DNA of 64,000 bases from Candidatus Aminicenantales bacterium (GTDB lineage Bacteria; Acidobacteriota; Aminicenantia; Aminicenantales; Aminicenantaceae): contig JBHIDX010000007.1 in the NCBI GenBank assembly GCA_046760305.1, forward strand, positions 5,185 to 69,184, read 5' to 3'. The position numbers and the translations under genes are program-made. The notes under the pieces were generated by a model. That model did no database searches. It saw only the letters and a list, made by a program, of their open reading frames with translations, and was not told the DNA's origin. Below are positions 1 through 10,211 of the stretch, in pieces. The first letter of the stretch is position 1. The number at the start of each line of letters is the position of its first letter.

Positions 1-174
1 GATTTTTGTCGGGGAGGAAAAAGTTAGCTCTAGCGCGATTTCTTCCCACTCCATAGCAAGGAAATTACTATAGAGTAATAGTAAGAGCATGTCAAATAGC
101 CTGGATTATCCAGGAGAAACTAGAGATTTTGCTTAAATATTTACATCCTCAAAGACCTCTGTTAAAATCGATTC

Positions 175-1707
175 ATGCAAAAGGTTGTCATCTTAGACTT
201 CGGCTCACAATACACTCAGCTCATTGCGAGGAAGGTTAGAGAGCTGGGAGTTTTCTCTGTAATTCTACCTTTTAGCATATCTTACAGCAGGTTGAAGAGG
301 GAAAAGCCAGAGGCGCTTATCCTCTCGGGCGGGCCACGAAGCGTTTATGAAGAAGGAAGTCCTGTTATTTCAAGTGATGTTTTAAGGATGGGAGTGCCTG
401 TCCTTGGCATCTGTTATGGTTTACAGCTCATGACGCATTTATTGGGCGGGAAGGTTCTCCCTTCAGCGGAGAGGGAGTACGGACCAGCTTTTTTAAGGAT
501 TACGGATAGGCGAGGTTTACTCCGTGGAGTGCGAGATAAAGGCCAGGTATGGATGAGCCATGGAGACAGGGTGGAAGAACTTCCTCCCGGCTTTATCATT
601 TCAGGAAAGACAGCAAGCACCAGCGCCGCTGTGATTGAGTCTCCCGAGAGAAAACTCTACGGAGTACAGTTTCACCCCGAAGTAATTCATACTCATGAGG
701 GAAAGAAGATACTGTCGAATTTTCTCTTCCGCATCGCTCGGCTCCAGCCTGAATGGAGTATGGGTTCTTTTATCAGGAGGAAAGTTGAGGAAATCCGCCA
801 CACGGTGGGAGAGAAAAGAGTAATCTGCGGCCTTAGCGGTGGGGTTGATTCTCTTGTGACAGCGCTTATCGTCCACAAAGCAGTCAGAGACAAGCTTTTC
901 TGCATTTTTGTGGACAATGGACTTCTGCGTAAAGGGCAGTACCAAGAACTCATGTCTAAATTTAAATCTCAGCTCTCACTCAATGTTAGGGGGGTGGATG
1001 CTTCAGAGCTCTTTCTCCAGAGACTAAGGGGCGTTATTTCTCCTGAAAGAAAAAGGAAGATAATCGGTAAAATATTTATCCGTATCTTCGAAGAGCAGGC
1101 GAAGATAATAGGCAGAGTCCACTTCCTGGCTCAGGGCACGATTTACCCTGATGTAATCGAAAGCATTCCTGTAAAAGGACCTTCATCTGTCATTAAGTCC
1201 CATCACAATGTTGGTGGACTTCCAAAGCGGTTACCTTTCCAGCTTATCGAGCCTCTCAGGGACCTTTTTAAAGATGAAGTGCGGATCATCGGAAGAGAGC
1301 TCGGCGTGGATGAGGATTTTATTTCCCAGCATCCTTTTCCTGGCCCAGGCCTGGCGGTGCGAATCATCGGCGAGGTCACACCGGAAAGGCTAGAGATATT
1401 GAGAGAAGCTGACAGTATTCTCCTTCAGGAGGTTAAAAAAGAGAGGCTTTACAACAAACTCTGGCAGGCGTTTGCCGTTCTTCTTCCAGTGAAATCGGTT
1501 GGTGTCATGGGTGATCAACGAACCTACCAGAGTGTGGTTGCCATAAGGTTAGTCCAGAGCGTGGACGGGATGACGGCCAACTGGTATGCGGCACGACCCG
1601 AAGTCTTAGCAAGGATTTCCAACCGCATTGTGAATGAGGTCTCTGGCGTTAACCGCGTCGTTTACGACATCACCACCAAACCACCCGGCACCATCGAGTG
1701 GGAATAG
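175..1707 (+). CDS. guaA: GMP synthase (glutamine-hydrolysing)
   Basis: 510 aa. N-terminal class-I GATase, then an ATP-PPase SGGVDS P-loop and the characteristic GuaA C-terminus (…KPPGTIEWE). Confidence 0.93.
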   Translation: MQKVVILDFGSQYTQLIARKVRELGVFSVILPFSISYSRLKREKPEALILSGGPRSVYEEGSPVISSDVLRMGVPVLGICYGLQLMTHLLGGKVLPSAEREYGPAFLRITDRRGLLRGVRDKGQVWMSHGDRVEELPPGFIISGKTASTSAAVIESPERKLYGVQFHPEVIHTHEGKKILSNFLFRIARLQPEWSMGSFIRRKVEEIRHTVGEKRVICGLSGGVDSLVTALIVHKAVRDKLFCIFVDNGLLRKGQYQELMSKFKSQLSLNVRGVDASELFLQRLRGVISPERKRKIIGKIFIRIFEEQAKIIGRVHFLAQGTIYPDVIESIPVKGPSSVIKSHHNVGGLPKRLPFQLIEPLRDLFKDEVRIIGRELGVDEDFISQHPFPGPGLAVRIIGEVTPERLEILREADSILLQEVKKERLYNKLWQAFAVLLPVKSVGVMGDQRTYQSVVAIRLVQSVDGMTANWYAARPEVLARISNRIVNEVSGVNRVVYDITTKPPGTIEWE

Positions 1708-1717
1708 GAGCTTTTCC

Positions 1718-4700
1718 ATGGAGCTATCATTCATTCATCTCCACAATCATTCAGAATTCAGCATCCTGGATGGAGCTTTAAAGGTCGAAGAACTTGTTGA
1801 GGCAGCCTACAGGTATAATATGCCTGCTGTAGGGCTTTCTGACCACGGAAATATATTTGCTGCTGTTAGCTTTTTTAAAAAGGCTAGGGAGAGAGGTATA
1901 AAGCCCATTCTCGGGTGCGAAATGTATGTGGCTCCAGGTAGCCGTTTCGAAAAGAAGTCTTCTCCAAAGGATACGAATCACTTCCATCTGATTGTTTTCG
2001 TCAAGAATGAGCAGGGATACAGAAATCTCTGCCAACTCATCACCAACAGTTATCTCGAGGGCTTTTACTATAAGCCCAGGATAGACAAGGAGCTCCTTGC
2101 CCGTCACAGTGAAGGTTTAATAGGACTTTCAGCCTGCCTGAAAGGAGAAATCAATCATAATTTACTCCGGGGACGCGAGGAGGAGGCAAAACAAGTAGCT
2201 CTTGAGTACGCCGCCCTCTTCCCTGAGGGAGATTTTTATATCGAGCTTCAGGACAACGGGCTTCCTGAACAGAAGAAGATAAATCCTCTCCTCGTCGAGC
2301 TCGCTCAAGAACTTAAGCTTCCTCTAGTGGCTACGAGTGATACCCATTATCTCACCAGAGAAGACGCTAAAACCCATGACATTCTACTCTGTATCCAGAC
2401 CAATAAGAAAGTGAGTGACCAGGATAGAATTCGTTTCTCAAGCGATGAGTTTTATTTCAGATCTCCTCAAGAGATGATAGAGATTTTCAAGGATGTGCCC
2501 GAAGCTATAAAGAACACGGCTCGGATTGCTTCTCAGTGTGATTTCGAATTTCCTCAATCAGGGTATTTCCTGCCCCAGTTCAAGACTCCTGAAGGGATTT
2601 CGCTTGAGGAATATTTTTCTCAGGTGGTGAAGGAGAGATTTAAGGAGCGCCTAAAAACTCTGCGAAAAAGAGAAGAGAGAGGAGATGTGCGTCATTCCCT
2701 AGATGAATATGAAGATAGACTAGAAAAAGAGATGAAGCTCATCAAGGAAATGGGGTTTGAGGGTTATTTTCTTATTGTCTGGGATCTTATCCGTGAGGCG
2801 AAAGCGAGGAATATCCCTGTGGGTCCTGGTAGGGGTTCTGCTGCAGGCAGTCTGCTTGCTTATTGCCTGGGGATTACAGACATAGACCCTCTTGAGTATG
2901 ACCTTCTTTTTGAGAGGTTTCTAAACCCAGAGAGAATAAGCCTGCCTGATATTGATATTGATTTTTGTGGCCGACGTAGGGAAGAAGTTCTTTCCTACGT
3001 TACCCAGAAGTATGGTCAGGAGAATGTTTGCCAGATAATTACCTTTGGCACCATGGCTGCTCGGGCAGCAGTAAGAGATGTAGGCCGAGCTCTTGAGGTT
3101 CCACTTCCCGAGGTTGACAGAATAGCTAAGATGATTCCTCCACTTGGTCCTGAGGCGACGATAGAGGGAGCCCTGAAGAATATTCCACAGCTTCAGGAGT
3201 TAAGAGATAAAAATCCCAGAATTGCCCAGCTTCTCTCCATTGCCCAGAAGCTTGAGGGACAGGTGCGGCATCCCTCGATTCATGCTGCAGGAATTGTTAT
3301 TGCGCCTAAGCCGATGGTAGAGTTTATGCCTCTCTACCAATCAGCTAAGGGAGAAATCACTACCCAGTTTCCAATGCAGGATATCGAGGCTCTGGGCTTG
3401 CTCAAAATGGACCTTCTCGGGTTGCGGAATCTGACAGTTATCCATGATACAGTCGAGCTGGTTGAGAAAAACACGGGAGAGAAGATAAACATCGATGAGC
3501 TTTCCCTGGATGACGAGAAGACATTCAAACTCTTCCAGACAGGAAACACCGATGGAGTTTTCCAATTTGAAAGCCCGGGGATGAAAGACCTTCTGCGCAA
3601 TTTTAAGCCTGAAAATTTCAGGGATTTAATCGCTCTCAACGCCCTTCACCGTCCTGGGCCTCTGAAAAGCGGCATGACTGATGAGTTCATAAAACGCAAG
3701 CACCATCCTGAGATGGTGAAATTTGAGTGTCCCGAGCTGGAGCCAATCCTGAAAGAAACGCAGGGCATAATCGTCTACCAAGAACAGGTGATGAGGATTG
3801 CCACCGACCTGGCCGGCTTTTCTCTTGCTGAAGCAGATGTTCTGAGGAAGGCGATGGGTAAAAAGGTAACAAGCATGATGAGGGCTCAGAAGAAAAGGTT
3901 TATTCAGGGAGCCAAGAAAAAAGGGTTGTCTCAGGCTAAAGCCGAGAAGATATTCGAGCAGATAAAATATTTTGCAGGCTACGGGTTTAATAAATCTCAC
4001 AGCGCTGCCTATGCCTATCTTGCCTATCAGACTGCTTATCTCAAGGCCCACTACCCTTCTTATTTTCTGGCTGCGCTCCTCACTTCTGAGGCTGAGAGGG
4101 GAGCTACTTCCCAGGTAGTTAAGTATATTCATGAGTGCGGGGAGATGGGGATTAAAGTCCTTCCTCCTGATATAAATGCCAGTGATTTTAATTTCACCGT
4201 TCAGGATGGGTGTATTCGTTTCGGTCTTTCAGCCGTGAAGAATGTAGGAGAGGGAGCAGTTCGCTCCCTGATCAGGGCCAGGGAGAAAAAAGGCAAGTTC
4301 GAAACCCCTTTCGATATCTGTCAGGAAGTGGATTCCAGAGTTGTCAACAGGAAGGTGCTTGAGAGTCTGATTAAAGCGGGAGCCTTTGATTCTCTTGGAT
4401 GGAAGAGATCTCAATGCTTCCATATGATAGATAAAATGATTGATTATTCCCACCAAATTCAGAAAGTGAAGGCTTCAAAGCAAAACTTGCTCTTTGGTGA
4501 GAATCATATTGGAACACCTGAAGTGCCGGATGAAGTAAAGCAGATGCGGGAGTGGGATGAGTCGCTTCTTCTCTCCTATGAGAAAGATGCGGTAGGTTTT
4601 TTTATCACCGGGCATCCTCTTGCTCAGGTGGCCTCCAAGCTTCAGAAATTGGTTTCTCATACACTTGAAAGCCTTGATGAAGAGGAGGATTTTAACAGCG

Positions 4701-5200
4701 AGGTCAGGGTTGCTGGAATTATTGCTTCTCTTAAGCCTATTAAAACCAGGAAAGATGAGAGAATGGCGGCTTTTGTCCTTGAAGACCTAAGCGACAGGAT
4801 AGAAGTTGTTGTTTTTCCCGATAATTATAAAAAATATTTTGAATTTCTCCGAGAGGACCAGCTAGTCTGGGTAAGAGGACGTTTTATTGGCGAGGGTGAG
4901 AACAGAAAAATACACTGTATGGAAATGATGCCTCTGGCTGAAGCTTTCCAGAAGCAGGCAAAAAGGGTGATTCTGAGGATATTTCTTCCTGGGCTTGAGG
5001 AGTCAGTGTTTAAAGAGCTTAGGGTAATGCTGGAAAAATATAGTGGGGATTGTCCCCTCTTTTTTGAGCTTGAAACTCCCCCTGCCTACAAATTAGTAGC
5101 ACAATCGACAGAAATCCAGGGAGTAACTCCATCTGAAGATTTCACCAAAAATATTGAACGATTATTAGGCGAAGAATCAGTTTTCATTGAGTATAGATAG
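1718..5200 (+). CDS. dnaE: DNA polymerase III alpha subunit
   Basis: PHP domain start MELSFIHLHNHSEFS. Polymerase core motifs present and length is about 1160 aa. A GGAG SD sits at 1706-1709 upstream of ATG 1718. The ORF-track start at 1634 is an upstream extension overlapping guaA. Confidence 0.93.
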   Translation: MELSFIHLHNHSEFSILDGALKVEELVEAAYRYNMPAVGLSDHGNIFAAVSFFKKARERGIKPILGCEMYVAPGSRFEKKSSPKDTNHFHLIVFVKNEQGYRNLCQLITNSYLEGFYYKPRIDKELLARHSEGLIGLSACLKGEINHNLLRGREEEAKQVALEYAALFPEGDFYIELQDNGLPEQKKINPLLVELAQELKLPLVATSDTHYLTREDAKTHDILLCIQTNKKVSDQDRIRFSSDEFYFRSPQEMIEIFKDVPEAIKNTARIASQCDFEFPQSGYFLPQFKTPEGISLEEYFSQVVKERFKERLKTLRKREERGDVRHSLDEYEDRLEKEMKLIKEMGFEGYFLIVWDLIREAKARNIPVGPGRGSAAGSLLAYCLGITDIDPLEYDLLFERFLNPERISLPDIDIDFCGRRREEVLSYVTQKYGQENVCQIITFGTMAARAAVRDVGRALEVPLPEVDRIAKMIPPLGPEATIEGALKNIPQLQELRDKNPRIAQLLSIAQKLEGQVRHPSIHAAGIVIAPKPMVEFMPLYQSAKGEITTQFPMQDIEALGLLKMDLLGLRNLTVIHDTVELVEKNTGEKINIDELSLDDEKTFKLFQTGNTDGVFQFESPGMKDLLRNFKPENFRDLIALNALHRPGPLKSGMTDEFIKRKHHPEMVKFECPELEPILKETQGIIVYQEQVMRIATDLAGFSLAEADVLRKAMGKKVTSMMRAQKKRFIQGAKKKGLSQAKAEKIFEQIKYFAGYGFNKSHSAAYAYLAYQTAYLKAHYPSYFLAALLTSEAERGATSQVVKYIHECGEMGIKVLPPDINASDFNFTVQDGCIRFGLSAVKNVGEGAVRSLIRAREKKGKFETPFDICQEVDSRVVNRKVLESLIKAGAFDSLGWKRSQCFHMIDKMIDYSHQIQKVKASKQNLLFGENHIGTPEVPDEVKQMREWDESLLLSYEKDAVGFFITGHPLAQVASKLQKLVSHTLESLDEEEDFNSEVRVAGIIASLKPIKTRKDERMAAFVLEDLSDRIEVVVFPDNYKKYFEFLREDQLVWVRGRFIGEGENRKIHCMEMMPLAEAFQKQAKRVILRIFLPGLEESVFKELRVMLEKYSGDCPLFFELETPPAYKLVAQSTEIQGVTPSEDFTKNIERLLGEESVFIEYR

Positions 5201-5214
5201 AGGTAAAAAGGCTA

Positions 5215-5847
5215 TTGAAGTATAAACTCATCGTAGCTGATGGAAGTCCTTCGGTGCAGAAAGTGGTGGAGCTTTCTTTCCCAGCCTCGGATTTTGAAAT
5301 ATTTTCTTTTGATGATACCAACGAGGTTATTGAGAATATCTCAAGGATTGAGCCTGATGCTATCCTTCTCAGTCTTTCTCTCCCCGGTAAAGACGTTTAC
5401 GAAGTGGCTTTTTTTCTCAGAAACCACAGGGAGTTGAATAAAATTCCTATCTTTCTCCTGAGGGGGGCGTTCGAAAGCATTGATTACCAGAAGGTAGCCA
5501 GCATTGACTATGATGAGATTGTAAACAAGCCCTTTGATTCAGTGAAACTTGCGCGGAAAGTGAGAGAAGCAATTGAGAGGAAGAGAAGCCCTGTTACTTT
5601 TCCTGAAGAGCCATTTCCAGAGGAGTCAGTCTCGGCTCATGAAGAGGGAGAAGAGAAAGAAAAAAGGGTGGGAGATGTTGAAAAACTTATTGCCCAACGT
5701 ATGAGAGAAGCAGAGAGGAACCTTGAGAAAAGTCTCAAGGAAGAGCTGAGGCAAGAACTTAGAGAGGAGCTCAGGAAGGAATTGGAAGAGCTTAGAAAGA
5801 GGAAAGTCAAAATACCTTCTGGTTCAGAGGAAAAATTGTTAAAATAG
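5215..5847 (+). CDS. Receiver (REC) domain protein with acidic coiled-coil C-terminus; phospho-acceptor Asp replaced by Ser
   Basis: CheY-like fold signature (LIVADGS…ILLSLSLPGKD…IVNKPFD). The conserved K is present. S occupies the D57-equivalent position and there is a single D in the beta1 acidic pair. The C-terminal 100 aa is E/K/R-rich coiled coil. TTG start. Confidence 0.6.
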   Translation: MKYKLIVADGSPSVQKVVELSFPASDFEIFSFDDTNEVIENISRIEPDAILLSLSLPGKDVYEVAFFLRNHRELNKIPIFLLRGAFESIDYQKVASIDYDEIVNKPFDSVKLARKVREAIERKRSPVTFPEEPFPEESVSAHEEGEEKEKRVGDVEKLIAQRMREAERNLEKSLKEELRQELREELRKELEELRKRKVKIPSGSEEKLLK

Positions 5848-5935
5848 TTAATCCTGGAAATTAGAGACATGCACTGATTTTCCGAACTCAGTTACGTCTG
5901 CCTTGATTTCCAGAATTTTTAGTATAAAGGTTGCG

Positions 5936-8563
5936 ATGAGCAAAAAGCTAATAATGATTAAGGCCTATGACCCTAAACCCGTTGAGGAAAAGTGGAGTAA
6001 GTTCTGGATTGAGCAGGATTTTTTCCGGGCTGATGCCAGATCTAAGAAGAAAAGATTTTCCATGGTGCTTCCACCGCCAAATGTGACTGGCATCCTTCAT
6101 ATAGGGCATGCTCTCTGCTTTACGCTTCCAGATATAATCGCTCGCTGGAAGAGGATGCAGGGTTACAACACTCTCTGGCTACCGGGGACTGACCACGCCA
6201 GTATCGCTGTCCACAATGTAATTGAACAGGAGCTAGCAGAGAAAGGATTAACGCGGGAACAAATCGGGCGTGAAGAGTTTCTGAAGATTGCCTGGGCATG
6301 GAAGAAAAAGTACGGCGGGAGGATAGTTCATCAGCTTAAGAGGCTTGGTGCATCCCTGGACTGGTCCCGGGAGAGGTTTACCCTTGATGAAGATTATGCT
6401 CGAGTGGTGAGAAAAATATTTGTAGAGCTTTATCAGGAAGGCCTTATCTACAGAGACTATTATCTGGTAAACCACTGCCCCCATTGTGGCACAGTTCTCT
6501 CTGACATAGAGGTCGAACACCGGGAACTTAAAGCAAAGCTTTACTACATAAAATACCCCAAAGTTGACTCAGAAGGATACCTGGTTGTGGCTACAACCAG
6601 ACCAGAAACAATGCTGGGCGATACTGCTGTTGCCGTCCATCCCGAGGATAAGCGCTACAAGGAGCTTATCGGAAAAGAGGTTTATCTTCCCCTAACAGGC
6701 CGCACCATACCCGTCGTCTCAGACACCGAGGTTGACATGGATTTTGGCACCGGTGCCGTAAAAGTGACCCCTGCTCATGACCCGGTGGATTTCGAGCTGG
6801 GAAAAAGGCATAACCTCGAACAGGTTACTGTCATCGACAAATCTGGCAAGATGACCGAAGAGGCGGGAGAAGATTTTAAAGGCCTAGACAGGTATGAATG
6901 CCGGCAAAAAGTGCTCGAAAAGCTTGAAGAACAGGGTTTACTGGAGAAGGAGGAGGACTATCAGCACGCAGTAGGCCACTGTTACCGGTGTAAAACTGTT
7001 ATTGAACCCTTTCTATCCTGGCAGTGGTTTGTGAAAGTTGGTCCCCTTGCCAGAGAAGCAATCCGTGTCGTCGAGAAGCGAAGGATAAAATTTATACCTG
7101 CCAACTGGGCTAAAACCTACTTTGAGTGGATGTACAACATACATGACTGGTGTATCTCCCGCCAGCTCTGGTGGGGCCACAGAATCCCTGCCTGGTACTG
7201 TGAAGATTGCGAGGAAATTACAGTGGCTATGGATACTCCTGCTCACTGTACGAAGTGCAAAAGTACCCGCCTCAAGCAGGATGAGGATGTGCTCGATACT
7301 TGGTTCAGTTCAGCTCTCTGGCCATTTGCCACCCTGGGCTGGCCAGAAAAGACAGACGACTTCAAAACTTTCTACCCCACTGACCTGATGTCAACAGGAT
7401 TTGACATCATTTTTTTCTGGGTGGCCAGAATGATTATGATGGGTTTGAAGTTTGCCGGGGATATCCCTTTTAGACATGTCTACATCAACGGTCTGGTGAG
7501 GGATTTTAGAAGGAGGAAGATGAGTAAGTCCGAGGGTAATGTCATCGACCCGCTGGAGATGATAGAGAAATATGGAACAGATGCCTTGAGGTTCACTCTC
7601 GCTGCTCTGGCTGTCCCAGGCATGGATATAGCCCTTTCCGAGGAGAGAATGGCTGGCTACAGAGCCTTTGCTAATAAGATATGGAATGCTTCGCGCTTTG
7701 TGTTGATGAACCTCGAGGGAGAAAATTTTACCATAAGGGATGAGGAATTGACTCTGGCTGACCGCTGGATAAGAAGCAGGCTGGATAGAATAATTGAGCA
7801 CATAAACACAGCCCTGGAAGAATACAGGTTTTATGAAGCAGCCGAAAAAATTTACCACTTCATCTGGGGTGAGTTCTGTGATTGGTATATAGAACTAGCC
7901 AAGCCAAGCCTGAGGGAAAAAAATAGAACTACCCAGGCCGTTCTCGCCCAGAGTATTGACAAGATTTTGAGGTTGCTTCATCCCTTTATGCCCTTCATCA
8001 CAGAAGAAATATGGCAGCATTTGCCTTTTCCAGGGAAATCTTTGACAGTAGCTCAGTTTCCTCAATCTGATAAAGCCCTTAGAGATGAGGATGCTGAAAG
8101 AGAAATGGCTGTTCTTCAGCAGCTCGTAGTCGAAGTAAGGACAATCAGGGCAGAACACACGATTCCACCCCGAGAAAAACTTAAGTTGCTGGTGAAGTCC
8201 AGCGGAGTGGAGAAGGAAGTTATTTTGCGCAACAGGAGATCAATAGAGACCCTGGCAGGCCTAAACGAGATCCAAATGGTAGAAGAATTCCCCCGGGAAA
8301 AGTGTTTGCTCAAGGGAGTTAGTAGCAGCGGGGAGATTGCGCTCTTAGCAAAGAGTGATGTTCATCTGGAAAGGGAAAGAGAGAGACTGGAAAGGGAGAT
8401 TGTGAAGGTCAAGAGGGAGATAGGGAAAATAGAAGGGAGGCTTAAGAACACCAATTTTCTCCAGCGAGCCCCCCGGGAGGTTGTGAGCAGAACCAAGCAG
8501 AGGCTTGTAGAACTCAGAAGGCGTAAGTCAAAACTGGAATTGGGCAAGAAAAATGTTTCCTGA
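5936..8563 (+). CDS. valS: Valyl-tRNA synthetase
   Basis: HIGH motif (PNVTGILHIGHAL) and KMSKS. C-terminal coiled-coil tRNA-binding arm. ATG at 5936 gives MSKKLIMIKAYDP. Confidence 0.93.
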   Translation: MSKKLIMIKAYDPKPVEEKWSKFWIEQDFFRADARSKKKRFSMVLPPPNVTGILHIGHALCFTLPDIIARWKRMQGYNTLWLPGTDHASIAVHNVIEQELAEKGLTREQIGREEFLKIAWAWKKKYGGRIVHQLKRLGASLDWSRERFTLDEDYARVVRKIFVELYQEGLIYRDYYLVNHCPHCGTVLSDIEVEHRELKAKLYYIKYPKVDSEGYLVVATTRPETMLGDTAVAVHPEDKRYKELIGKEVYLPLTGRTIPVVSDTEVDMDFGTGAVKVTPAHDPVDFELGKRHNLEQVTVIDKSGKMTEEAGEDFKGLDRYECRQKVLEKLEEQGLLEKEEDYQHAVGHCYRCKTVIEPFLSWQWFVKVGPLAREAIRVVEKRRIKFIPANWAKTYFEWMYNIHDWCISRQLWWGHRIPAWYCEDCEEITVAMDTPAHCTKCKSTRLKQDEDVLDTWFSSALWPFATLGWPEKTDDFKTFYPTDLMSTGFDIIFFWVARMIMMGLKFAGDIPFRHVYINGLVRDFRRRKMSKSEGNVIDPLEMIEKYGTDALRFTLAALAVPGMDIALSEERMAGYRAFANKIWNASRFVLMNLEGENFTIRDEELTLADRWIRSRLDRIIEHINTALEEYRFYEAAEKIYHFIWGEFCDWYIELAKPSLREKNRTTQAVLAQSIDKILRLLHPFMPFITEEIWQHLPFPGKSLTVAQFPQSDKALRDEDAEREMAVLQQLVVEVRTIRAEHTIPPREKLKLLVKSSGVEKEVILRNRRSIETLAGLNEIQMVEEFPREKCLLKGVSSSGEIALLAKSDVHLERERERLEREIVKVKREIGKIEGRLKNTNFLQRAPREVVSRTKQRLVELRRRKSKLELGKKNVS

Positions 8564-8678
8564 AACTTGTCTGTAATTCACTTTAAATGGCGTATTTGGC
8601 TTTATTGTTCACTGGCTGAAAAGAGTAGATTTAAATTCACCATGCTCAAGAGGAAATTGGGATGTTTTTCAGGTTGAG

Positions 8679-9437
8679 ATGAGAATTGGAGATACAATCA
8701 TTGCTGTCGAATCCTGCTCATCCACTAGCGACTTGGCTCGTGAGGCAGCAACTGGCGGTGCAGAGGAGGGAATGGTCTTTGTCTCTCGAGAGCAGAAGCA
8801 TGGAAGGGGAACGCGGGGAAAATCCTGGTTTTCCGCCAAAGATAAGGGCCTTTATGCTTCAATCATTCTCCGTCCCCCAGAGTCTCATCTCTCCCTTGTC
8901 CCCCTTCTCGCCGGACTAGCGGTTAGAGATGCAGTAAAAGAAGAAACTCAAGTTGATGTTGAGCTTCGTTGGCCGAACGATATTGTCTGGAAGTCTTGTA
9001 AGCTAGGAGGAATCCTCTGCGAAAGCGAATTTATGGGCAATGAACTTCGCTTTCTCATCGTGGGCATCGGTCTCAATATTTCTCATAAGAAAGTGGATTT
9101 TCCTCCTCATATACGGAATCTCGCTACCTCTTTGAAGATTATCTGTGGGAAAGCTCCTCAGACTCCCCTCCTCCTCTCTGCTCTCTGCAGGGCTTTAAAT
9201 GGCTGGTATTCGTCCTTTTTGGAAGGAAAAAACGAGGGGATAATCAGTTCTTTCCAGGAGAGTTCTTCTATTCCCCAGGGAGCGAGGGTTAGCCTCTTCA
9301 GCAGCGGGCAGGAGGTAGAAGGTAGTTACAGAGGGCTTGATCCTAGAGGGGGCCTCGTGCTCGAGGAAAGCGGAAAAAGGAGGTCTTTCCTTGCGGCAGA
9401 GGTGAAGGGGATAAACATAGTTAACCGGGGAGGATAA
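8679..9437 (+). CDS. birA: Biotin--[acetyl-CoA-carboxylase] ligase (group I, no HTH)
   Basis: GRGTRGKSWFS biotin-binding loop. 252 aa. Immediately upstream of coaX, a conserved pairing. Confidence 0.85.
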   Translation: MRIGDTIIAVESCSSTSDLAREAATGGAEEGMVFVSREQKHGRGTRGKSWFSAKDKGLYASIILRPPESHLSLVPLLAGLAVRDAVKEETQVDVELRWPNDIVWKSCKLGGILCESEFMGNELRFLIVGIGLNISHKKVDFPPHIRNLATSLKIICGKAPQTPLLLSALCRALNGWYSSFLEGKNEGIISSFQESSSIPQGARVSLFSSGQEVEGSYRGLDPRGGLVLEESGKRRSFLAAEVKGINIVNRGG

Positions 9438-9438
9438 A

Positions 9439-10203
9439 ATGCTTTTAGCCGTTGATATAGGAAACACGAACATTGAGATAGGAGTTTTCAGGGGGGAAAA
9501 GCTCATCGAGAATTGGAAGATGAAAACAGTAAAGGATAAGACAAGAGACGAGTATGTGCTCGCCCTCATCAACCTCTTTCGATTTACATCCCTGGGTGTA
9601 GGGGATATTGATGCTGTCATCGTCTCCAGCGTGGTGCCGCCTCTTACTCCTGTTTTCCAGGATCTCAGCCTGAAACTTTTTAAACGCAAGTCCTTGGTTG
9701 TAGGTCCTGGACTAAAAACAGGAATGTCAATTCTGTATGAGAACCCCCAGGAGGTAGGAGCTGATAGAGTGGTGGCCAGCGTAGCTGCTTTTGAGAAATA
9801 CGGCGGTCCATGTATAGTGGTCGACTTTGGAACTGCTATCACCTTCGATGCCATCTCATCAAAAGGCGAGTATCTGGGAGGAGCGATTGCTCCAGGAATT
9901 CAGATTTCTGAAGAAGCCCTTTTCCGCAGAACAGCGAAGTTACCACGGGTGGAAATAAAAAAGCCAAAAAAAGCCATCGGCCGCACCACGGTTGCCAGTA
10001 TTCAATCAGGGCTTTTTTTTGGTTACATAGGCTTGATTTCGAATATCATCGCCCACATAAAAAAGGAGCTCGGGAGTGATACCAGAGTAATTTCAACCGG
10101 AGGTTTTGCCCGGCAAATCACACCCGAGATCAAGGCCATAGACCATGAAGAACCCCATCTTGTGCTTGAAGGGCTGAGGATTCTTTACCAAAAAAACAGC
10201 TGA
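9439..10203 (+). CDS. coaX: Type III pantothenate kinase
   Basis: MLLAVDIGNTNIEIGVF ASKHA fold N-terminus. 254 aa. GGAGG SD upstream. Confidence 0.9.
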   Translation: MLLAVDIGNTNIEIGVFRGEKLIENWKMKTVKDKTRDEYVLALINLFRFTSLGVGDIDAVIVSSVVPPLTPVFQDLSLKLFKRKSLVVGPGLKTGMSILYENPQEVGADRVVASVAAFEKYGGPCIVVDFGTAITFDAISSKGEYLGGAIAPGIQISEEALFRRTAKLPRVEIKKPKKAIGRTTVASIQSGLFFGYIGLISNIIAHIKKELGSDTRVISTGGFARQITPEIKAIDHEEPHLVLEGLRILYQKNS

Positions 10204-10211
10204 GAGCATTG

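Noticed and set aside
1634-1717. ORF-track start of dnaE at 1634 overlapping the guaA 3' end
   Set aside because: PolIII alpha PHP domains begin at MELSF… (ATG 1718), preceded by GGAG. The upstream 28 codons are an out-of-frame read of the guaA C-terminus.
3626-4132. 168-aa antisense ORF inside dnaE, and many similar 60-170-aa opposite-strand ORFs inside valS, thrS, pheT, dxs, topA, the K/E-rich gene and others
   Set aside because: Fully embedded in strongly supported genes on the other strand, with no RBS or homology signal. The K/E-rich gene's antisense frames (13313-13631) are S/F-rich, which is typical of shadow ORFs.
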